A DNA stretch of 64,000 nucleotides from a virus. Taxonomy: Duplodnaviria > Caudoviricetes. Location of the stretch: the IMG/VR virus record IMGVR_UViG_3300013426_000019, positions 94,769 to 158,768 of that record. One strand, given 5' to 3'. Position 1 is the first letter of the stretch, and every line of letters starts with the position of its first letter. Shown piece after piece: positions 57,191 to 64,000 of the stretch. The notes under the pieces were generated by a model that saw nothing but the letters and a program-made list of their open reading frames with translations, did not search any database and was not told the DNA's origin. Position numbers and translations under genes: made by a program.

Positions 57191-57847
57191 ATGTCTGAAG
57201 ATAAGAACTTAAATGGTGGATTTGAATATCCAGACACAAATGGTATGGGTACTAAGGCTAAAAGAATAGCTAATATCTATTCTGATATTCTAAGTCTAGG
57301 TAATAGACTCCCAAAGCAAATCTCAGAAGAGGATTATATTAAGGCTAGAAACGCTGTTAAGGCTATGTGGGATGCTATGAATAATAGTCATATTGCTAAG
57401 GCAACTCACAGTGGTGTTCATTTTACTAAGAATGGTGATTTCCCTAAGGAAGGATCATTCATTAGTATATACTATACTAGCCGTCTGTCTAGTAGTGGTG
57501 AGTTAAGAGGTACAATCTATGATGATGATGATCTTAACTACTATAGACCTGCAACAAGCTCCGTAAATATGTTAGGAGGTCCTAGAGCCCCAAAAGAGGT
57601 ATATGTCTATGCTTATGATGCAAAGGCTAAGGGAATTAGCAAAGGTAGTCATAAATTTGTATATTTTGTAATCTGGCATAATAGCGCTGCGCATCTCTTC
57701 AAGTATTATACGGATATTGATGTTCTCCGAGAAGAACCTACTATTTCGGCCAAAGATATTCTTAGATGGGCTTATGTTGATAAAGGGGAGCTTACTAAGT
57801 GGATCCCTGACTATATTCTCGATGATGCATTTGAGAACTTAGACTGA
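57191..57847 (+). CDS. hypothetical protein
   Basis: AAGGAG RBS; oriented against its neighbours. Confidence 0.6.
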   Translation: MSEDKNLNGGFEYPDTNGMGTKAKRIANIYSDILSLGNRLPKQISEEDYIKARNAVKAMWDAMNNSHIAKATHSGVHFTKNGDFPKEGSFISIYYTSRLSSSGELRGTIYDDDDLNYYRPATSSVNMLGGPRAPKEVYVYAYDAKAKGISKGSHKFVYFVIWHNSAAHLFKYYTDIDVLREEPTISAKDILRWAYVDKGELTKWIPDYILDDAFENLD

Positions 57848-57867
57848 TTCTTAATCTTACACACAAC

Positions 57868-57897
57868 AATAAAGGAGGACCGAGGTCCTCCTTTATT
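57868..57897. terminator. bidirectional hairpin terminator
   Basis: AATAAAGGAGGACC-GA-GGTCCTCCTTTATT. Confidence 0.75.
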
Positions 57898-57915
57898 TGT
57901 AATATTCACATTCAA

Positions 57916-59535
57916 TTACATCATAGGCATACTAGGAGCTGCAGGCATTGATGTCTTAGGTTCAGGGATCGTTGTAATCGATGCTCCCGAAGTTAGTACT
58001 AGACTTGCCACAGATGCTGCATTCTCAAGTGCACATCTTGTTACCTTAGCAGGATCAATAACTCCTTCAGCAATCATATCTACAATCTTACCTGTTAGAG
58101 CGTTGAAGCCTTTACCTGGTTTAGCTGTTGCAACCTTATCAGCGATTACTTCACCTGCTAAGCCTGCATTTAGAGCAATCTGCTTAACTGGTGCACTTAG
58201 CGCTTTAATTACAATGTTGTAACCCCTTAGCCAATCAGTATCTGCATCTGTTGGGGTTTTAAGCTTAGCTGCGATCTGACATAGAGTTGTACCGCCCCCT
58301 GGTATAATGCCTTCTTCAATTGCAGCTCTTACTGCATTGATAGCATCTTCTACTCTATACTTCTTCTCCTTAGCTGCAGCTTCTGATACATCGCCAATGT
58401 TAATAACAGCTACGCCACCTGCTAATCTTGCTAAGCGTTCCTGTAGTTTTTCTTTGTCGTAATCTGAAGTTGCTTCTCCTACCTGAGTTCTAAGCTGTGT
58501 TACTCTATTCTTAATCTCATTAGGATCTCCTTCACCACCTATAATAGTTGTGCGATCCTTTGTAACCTTAATAGACGATGCACTACCTAGCTCATCAAGA
58601 CTGACATCTTTAAGGTTTGTGCCCAAATCTTCTGAGATCATTGTTGCACCTGTTAAGATTGCAATGTCCTCGAGCATATCTTTCTGTCTATCACCAAAGC
58701 CAGGAGCCTTGACAGCACATACTTTAATTAAGCCTCTTAGACTATTAACTAGTAATGTTGTGAGTAGATCACCCTCAACCTCTGGTGCTATAATTAAGAA
58801 CTGCTTACCTGTCTTAACTACCTTTTCTAGTAGAGGCATAAAGTCTTGAATGTTACCAAGCTTCTTATCTGTTACAAGGATAAGTGGTTCTTCATATTCA
58901 GTTGTAAGATTGTCTGAGTTTGTGCAGAAGTAAGGTGATATATAACCTCTATCGAAGCTCATGCCTTCTACAAAGTCAATGTATGTTTCAGTTGTCTTAG
59001 ATTCCCCAACTGTAATAACTCCGTCTGATCCTACCTTTTCAATAGCATCTGCAATTAGACTGCCAATTACAGGATCATTGTTAGCTGAGATCTCCGCTAC
59101 TCTTGTAATCTGATCTTTACTATCAATCTCCTGGGCCATCTCTTTAAGTTTAGCTACTACATCCTTAACGGCTTCATTCATACCGTTTCTAAGCTTAATT
59201 GGATTTACGCCTGTAGATACTGCTTTAACTCCTTCTTCCAGGATTGCCTTAGCTAGTACGCTACTTGTGGTTGTACCGTCCCCAACATTCTCATCCGTCT
59301 GAGATGCAATATTCTTAATGAGCTGTGCTCCCATATTTTCTAGAGGATCACTTAATTCAATTGCTTTTGCAACAGTTACACCATCTCTTGTTACAGTTGC
59401 AGGACCATATGAGTTTTCAACTAGTACTGTTCTTCCAGCTGGTCCTAATGTCTGAGCAACAGCATCCACTGTCTGCTCTACCCCCTTCATGAGGGACTTT
59501 CTCATTTCTTCATCAAATGTAATATTTTTTGCCAT
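57916..59535 (-). CDS. groL: group I chaperonin GroEL
   Basis: TLGP, DGVTVAK, GDGTTT, FDRGY, KAPGFGD, EKLQERLA.LAGGVA, GVIDP. Confidence 0.96.
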   Translation of the reverse strand: MAKNITFDEEMRKSLMKGVEQTVDAVAQTLGPAGRTVLVENSYGPATVTRDGVTVAKAIELSDPLENMGAQLIKNIASQTDENVGDGTTTSSVLAKAILEEGVKAVSTGVNPIKLRNGMNEAVKDVVAKLKEMAQEIDSKDQITRVAEISANNDPVIGSLIADAIEKVGSDGVITVGESKTTETYIDFVEGMSFDRGYISPYFCTNSDNLTTEYEEPLILVTDKKLGNIQDFMPLLEKVVKTGKQFLIIAPEVEGDLLTTLLVNSLRGLIKVCAVKAPGFGDRQKDMLEDIAILTGATMISEDLGTNLKDVSLDELGSASSIKVTKDRTTIIGGEGDPNEIKNRVTQLRTQVGEATSDYDKEKLQERLARLAGGVAVINIGDVSEAAAKEKKYRVEDAINAVRAAIEEGIIPGGGTTLCQIAAKLKTPTDADTDWLRGYNIVIKALSAPVKQIALNAGLAGEVIADKVATAKPGKGFNALTGKIVDMIAEGVIDPAKVTRCALENAASVASLVLTSGASITTIPEPKTSMPAAPSMPMM

Positions 59536-59562
59536 TTATATTTTCCTTCTATATTTGACAAG

Positions 59563-59588
59563 TCTACTCTCTATACCTAGAGAGTAGA
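59563..59588 (-). terminator. hairpin between SSB-like gene and groL
   Basis: TCTACTCTCTA/TAGAGAGTAGA. Confidence 0.6.
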
Positions 59589-59606
59589 TCTTTTATTTAG
59601 ATTTTT

Positions 59607-60899
59607 TTACACAAACGATACACCACAGTTAGGGCATGCTTCTACAGATAGAGGTGCCGCAATACCACACCCTTCCTCAGGACAACATGCTAACTCTTCT
59701 ACGGGGCAGTCCCACTTAATATCTGTGACTCTACCTGATGAGTCTTTGATAACTTCTAAGACCATTGCCTTCTGCTCGTCTGTTAGAACCTCTGGGTGTG
59801 GTAGATCTCTCCAAGCTTCTTTCTTTGCTTCAGTTTTTACCTCAGCCTTAGGTGTTCTTCTAGTAGGGGCAACTGATTCCACTGTAGATGTTTCCTTAAC
59901 TTCTTCCACAGCTGATGTTGATGTAGTCTTATTCTCATCTGCATAGAGTTCATCCCACATCTTCTTTTCACTTGCCTGTCTCTCTACTAGTTCTTCGTAG
60001 AACTGTGTTCCAAGTGCTGCGTCAATTCTCTTAATGGTATTCTTAAGTTTGTTATATAACTTTGTATATGTTGTTACCCTATATAACTTCTCTAAGTCGT
60101 ACTTTTCCCAAGATCTCTCTTCAGCAGTTAAGTCAGATTCCGTTGAGATTATATCTCTTACAGATGCATCTACTTCCATTGGTGAGTGTGATGCATTTAC
60201 TACATTGAACGGATTATTCATTGATCCTGTTCTTGTAATTGCCATATCATACTTCTCCCAATTACCGTATGACGCAAAGAGATGATTTAGTTTGGCTGAG
60301 ATTGCATATGCTGAGATACCTTCATCAATATACTCTGTACCATTGGCTCCTGTTGATGATCCTTTGGCAAGTAATACTGTGTGCTTATTCTCTCTATGCC
60401 ACTCCATTTGAGATCTGTCGATAACGTTCATCATTAGGACTTCCTTGCCCTTCCAGCCTTTTTCAAACTTTGCTCTAGGATCTGTCTCATCTAAGCCGTT
60501 CTTGTCTACTAGATTATAGATATCAGGGAATGCCTCTTTTACTGGGAAGGTCTTGACGCCATTAACCCACTTGACTCCGGAGACTTTCGTGATGATCTTG
60601 TTGATGATGTAATTAGGATCTTCTGAGATAGATGGTCTAATGAGTCTGAACTTCTTACCATCATCACCCATAACCCATGCCATGGTAACTGTTCTTGCTG
60701 TGTAGTTGTCTAACTTTGAATTTGGTGGGCCGCCCTGAGCTCTAATAATCTTTGGTACATTTGGTGTTAGTGGTGCCCATTTAATGTCTTCATAGTCTCT
60801 TGAATAAGAGTAACTGTTGTTGCTGTTGCTTCTAGCTGCTTGTGCTTCCTGTTCTTTTGCATAGGCTAAGAACATGTCATCGAATGACTTACTGTCCAT
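59607..60899 (-). CDS. gp32-like single-stranded DNA-binding protein with C-terminal zinc ribbon
   Basis: NVIDR, YD..ITRTG, YDLEKL pattern; CP..C...CPNCG C-terminus. Confidence 0.5.
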   Translation of the reverse strand: MDSKSFDDMFLAYAKEQEAQAARSNSNNSYSYSRDYEDIKWAPLTPNVPKIIRAQGGPPNSKLDNYTARTVTMAWVMGDDGKKFRLIRPSISEDPNYIINKIITKVSGVKWVNGVKTFPVKEAFPDIYNLVDKNGLDETDPRAKFEKGWKGKEVLMMNVIDRSQMEWHRENKHTVLLAKGSSTGANGTEYIDEGISAYAISAKLNHLFASYGNWEKYDMAITRTGSMNNPFNVVNASHSPMEVDASVRDIISTESDLTAEERSWEKYDLEKLYRVTTYTKLYNKLKNTIKRIDAALGTQFYEELVERQASEKKMWDELYADENKTTSTSAVEEVKETSTVESVAPTRRTPKAEVKTEAKKEAWRDLPHPEVLTDEQKAMVLEVIKDSSGRVTDIKWDCPVEELACCPEEGCGIAAPLSVEACPNCGVSFV

Positions 60900-61042
60900 G
60901 TTTTAATACCTCTTTCTTTAACCACATAGGGTTTCTTGGTTTAATTGTTGATCTCTTCTGGATCATCTTCTATGTTATTAATATAACATTATATTTAGTA
61001 GTTTTCGTCATATTTTGGAATTTTTTTTCTTACTTAAAGGGC

Positions 61043-61071
61043 TTGACATTTCTATTATAATGTGCTATTAT
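61043..61071 (+). promoter_or_regulatory. sigma70 promoter with extended -10
   Basis: TTGACA-17-TATTAT with TGn. Confidence 0.7.
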
Positions 61072-61096
61072 ATATATAGATAAGGAGATATAAGTT

Positions 61097-61303
61097 ATGC
61101 AATTTAAGATTGAGTCAGTTACACGCGTAGGCAATACTACTGTATCATGTCAAGAGCTTATGGAGGCTCTTAAGTGGGTGGCACCTAATACCCCAATCTC
61201 TATTAAGATAGATGATAACTACGCAGGTATCGCAAGTGTTGAGCTTGAAGCCACTCCTGAGGGTAATGAGGATCATGAGGTTACAATCACTCTTAATACT
61301 TAA
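61097..61303 (+). CDS. small hypothetical protein
   Basis: AAGGAG RBS and promoter. Confidence 0.65.
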   Translation: MQFKIESVTRVGNTTVSCQELMEALKWVAPNTPISIKIDDNYAGIASVELEATPEGNEDHEVTITLNT

Positions 61304-61341
61304 TCTCTCTTCCTGTCTATTTTCCTTTTCACTCTTAATTA

Positions 61342-62112
61342 TTAGGCCTCTTCATGAGGCTTAATTTTGTAGAAGTATCTCTTAGTTGTAGCATATGTTG
61401 GGAACGTCTGTAACTTGTACTTCAATAGACCCCTAGAAGCTGTTCCTAAGTTAACCACAAATGGTCTTCTATTTAGATTATACAAGTATCTGTAAGATAG
61501 ATAGTCTAGATATCTAGATATATTCTTGAAGCGAGGGTCATACTTGCCCAACATGTAAGTATAGGTTAGCATACCACTCTCATCAAACCTACCACAGTCA
61601 AACACCGCATAGCCAACTAAGACATCTCCTAAGTAGAAGAATAAGTTGATAGTTTGACCCTTAAGTCTACTCATACTTTCTTTAAAGTATCTCTTATCAT
61701 AACCCAAGTGAACATTCCAACCATAATTCTTATCCCCAATTTTATCCCACCATACATTCATTAGGTTCTCTAGTTGTGCTTCATCTTTCCCTGAGTAGTC
61801 CCGCAGTCCTCTCTCAACAAAGACTTTGTTATACTTATTACGTATATTCCTTAAGTGTTTATATTTAGATCCCTCTAACTTAAAGAACTCCTTATCGAAG
61901 GGTCCTTGTGTAACTTCTATCTCTGATGAGCTCTTAGTAGGGCCAGGATTATCCATATACATATATGACACCTCGGCATTGTTATCCTTGAAGTTAGGAT
62001 CGAAGGTTACAATCTTAGTATGAGCCTTGTCCTTATAATATGTAAGAGGTCCTATTAGTGTTGCTGCTTTAGGTAACATGCCATATATTGATATGCTGTT
62101 TGCGTAATTCAT
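61342..62112 (-). CDS. DUF2156/GNAT-fold protein
   Basis: LEGSKYKHLRNIRNKY, LVGYAV, VNLG...GLLKYK; ATG 62112 overlaps the MTase stop (ATGA). Confidence 0.55.
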   Translation of the reverse strand: MNYANSISIYGMLPKAATLIGPLTYYKDKAHTKIVTFDPNFKDNNAEVSYMYMDNPGPTKSSSEIEVTQGPFDKEFFKLEGSKYKHLRNIRNKYNKVFVERGLRDYSGKDEAQLENLMNVWWDKIGDKNYGWNVHLGYDKRYFKESMSRLKGQTINLFFYLGDVLVGYAVFDCGRFDESGMLTYTYMLGKYDPRFKNISRYLDYLSYRYLYNLNRRPFVVNLGTASRGLLKYKLQTFPTYATTKRYFYKIKPHEEA

Positions 62113-63227
62113 AACTTCTCCATTGTCACGCATACTTCGTTATTCTTTGTATTGCCTGCCTTTTTAGTTAGATGGCTTCTGCTTGTTTGATAAGGTAGTC
62201 TCTCTAACTCCCTTAACCCTAAGTTCTCCATAATACTTGTCATATCCTTAAGTAGCTCTTTACCTTGATAAGACTCTATCATTATTAGGGTGAACCTACC
62301 TTTACTTCTTAACTTACTTGTGCAATTACTTACTGTAGGAGTCCAATATTTACTTAACCACTCATCATATTGATGATAGCTATCTATAGATTGAGAGCCC
62401 CCTGAATATATCTCTAAGTCTAAGTAGGGAGGGCAAGCTATCACATAATCAACCTCAGGGATAGTTTGATACATTCTAGACTCTTCGCTACCCCCTCTGT
62501 AGAACCGACTACCAGTGTCACCTAACTTGTGTGCTAACTCCGCAGTATTGGCTGTTACAGCTGCAGGGTCTATGCCATAATATACCTTGTCTAAACTATT
62601 GGCAGCGAGATATCTTGCAGACCAACCTATTGAAGGGTCTAATACTTTATTTCCCTCACAATATCTAGATATTAAGAACTTGGCTACCATAGGCTTGAAG
62701 TTACTCGGACTGAACCCTATCGCTGAACTCCTGAATCCTTGTATTAGCATATCGTCAGACATATCGAATAAGTAATGTGCTCCCGCTTTGTACCACTTGC
62801 CCCTCTCCCCCCAATCTGTCTTAGAGCTGGCATAGCCCATACGGTTTTTCAAGACCTTTAGGAGTAACTTATCATCGTAGAATGCACTCATTATAGACGG
62901 TGTCTTAGGCCCTCTACAGTCCCAATAGCTAGGATTAATACTTCTACATATATCTAACCCTAGAGATCCACTATTCTTAATCTCCCCTTTGTCGTTTAAG
63001 ACGTCTTTAGGGTCTTTGTCTTTAAGCTTACCTAAACTCTCAAATAGCTCACTCTTAGTCATCTCCGGGTATGGGAACCCTACTGTTCTGTAGTGCTCAA
63101 ACACCTTCTGAATCCAATAATCTTTGTCCTTCCAGATATTTTGAGCTGTTAGGATTGTACCTTCTAGGATAAGTGGTGTCTTAGACGAGTAATTAATGTA
63201 GCATACTTCTTCGCTCTCGTAGTTCAT
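62109..63227 (-). CDS. DNA amino-methyltransferase (m6A/m4C type)
   Basis: VLDPSIGW SAM-binding motif, YYGIDP, ACPPY..LEIY catalytic motif. Confidence 0.8.
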   Translation of the reverse strand: MNYESEEVCYINYSSKTPLILEGTILTAQNIWKDKDYWIQKVFEHYRTVGFPYPEMTKSELFESLGKLKDKDPKDVLNDKGEIKNSGSLGLDICRSINPSYWDCRGPKTPSIMSAFYDDKLLLKVLKNRMGYASSKTDWGERGKWYKAGAHYLFDMSDDMLIQGFRSSAIGFSPSNFKPMVAKFLISRYCEGNKVLDPSIGWSARYLAANSLDKVYYGIDPAAVTANTAELAHKLGDTGSRFYRGGSEESRMYQTIPEVDYVIACPPYLDLEIYSGGSQSIDSYHQYDEWLSKYWTPTVSNCTSKLRSKGRFTLIMIESYQGKELLKDMTSIMENLGLRELERLPYQTSRSHLTKKAGNTKNNEVCVTMEKL

Positions 63228-63252
63228 ATTATTATTATAACCTTAACGGGAC

Positions 63253-63849
63253 TTACATTGCACTCAGTTTAGATTCATTAGCGAAGGCAAGGGATTCTGT
63301 CTCTACATTCTTACATAATCTGTTAAGGATTAAGGCATACTTATCCCAGCTATCTAATAATCTCCGAATTACTGCTACTTTGTTGTTAGCTGCATTGGCT
63401 TCTCTTGTTAGTTTATGTAATTCTTCTTGATGATTAACTCTTACATATGCTTCGATCTCACTTGAACTACACCACTTCTGCGCGGATAGAGATAGAGGAT
63501 TGAGCTTCTCCCTGGCTTCTATATACCACTCTGCTTGTTTGTCTTTAAGCAACTCATCTGCCTTGTAGGCCTCTTGCTTGGCCATGACGTCTAGACCTAT
63601 TAGAGATGTTTGAATTCTGTTGTAATCCATTAAGGCGTTGTTAAGCTCAAACCAGCCTGGGGATCCTTGTAGCTCCCCTAAGTTCGAGTACTTCTGCATT
63701 TGACTTATCTGTTGCTCTACAAACTCAAGTAACTTGTCTTCAGCTGTCTTCTCTTTAATCGTGGCTGTGTATGTATCGAAGGCATTGTCTACATCTGAGA
63801 AGCTGTTCTGGGGTGTAGTGGTCTTGTTAGAACTCCTAGTTGGTATCAT
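63253..63849 (-). CDS. UvsY-like helical recombination mediator candidate
   Basis: Long helical protein with SSSEIEAYV; near SSB-like gene. Confidence 0.4.
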   Translation of the reverse strand: MIPTRSSNKTTTPQNSFSDVDNAFDTYTATIKEKTAEDKLLEFVEQQISQMQKYSNLGELQGSPGWFELNNALMDYNRIQTSLIGLDVMAKQEAYKADELLKDKQAEWYIEAREKLNPLSLSAQKWCSSSEIEAYVRVNHQEELHKLTREANAANNKVAVIRRLLDSWDKYALILNRLCKNVETESLAFANESKLSAM

Positions 63850-63952
63850 GTGTAATCTCTCCTCTCAATTATAGTATAACTCTTAGTTAGCAAAGTTTGA
63901 GGTAATTATATAATTTAAGTTAAGGCAGTTGAAGTCTCAGCCCCACCAAGCC

Positions 63953-63984
63953 TATCTATATATCCATTTATGGATATATAGATA
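63953..63984. repeat. 15-bp perfect inverted repeat
   Basis: TATCTATATATCCAT-TT-ATGGATATATAGATA. Confidence 0.8.
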
Positions 63985-64000
63985 TACTTGTATTTATATA

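Noticed and set aside
1626-62775. Numerous antisense ORFs in the track (e.g. 1626, 2352, 3407, 13359, 14075, 44836, 58550)
   Set aside because: Shadows of well-supported genes on the opposite strand; no RBS or motifs
1-64000. Archaeal virus, suggested by oligo-T avoidance and AT-rich promoter boxes
   Set aside because: DnaB, group I GroEL, bacterial-type MetK/FolE and TTGACA-17-TATAAT promoters indicate a bacterial host

Overview
This is a 64-kb AT-rich segment of a large lytic myophage with T4/jumbo-like gene content; the host is probably a diderm anaerobe (SHMT and GroEL look spirochaete-like, which is inference only). Left of ~42.1 kb, genes are mostly on the + strand: a DnaC-like loader and DnaB helicase; a KYG-repeat homing-endonuclease-like gene split by an IS607 (TnpA+TnpB); tail-fibre-like genes; glyA; a tRNA-like and a three-way-junction RNA upstream of a DUF2828/TROVE-vWA (Ro60-like) gene; MKIRxGFVSNSSSSSF proteins with a radical SAM enzyme; tRNA-Ile(UAU); metK; a 7-deazaguanine cluster (TGT/DpdA-like, kinase, intein-bearing queC, yhhQ, queE, queD-GIY-YIG, folE); a repeat-flanked PemK-type cassette; tmk; nucleases; and an SbcC/gp46-like ATPase. 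Right of ~42.1 kb, genes are mostly on the - strand: a baseplate/tail module with a probable +1 frameshifted chaperone, GroEL, a gp32-like SSB, a coupled amino-methyltransferase/GNAT pair and a UvsY-like gene. The strongest unexplained signals are (1) near-total strand-specific absence of TTTT in native DNA, even at terminators, which also exposes recently acquired segments; (2) the Ro60-like gene with its two adjacent ncRNAs; (3) the FVSNSSSSSF-motif/radical SAM pairing; and (4) several nested selfish elements whose junctions can be read exactly. All calls come from reading motifs by eye; no database searches were run.
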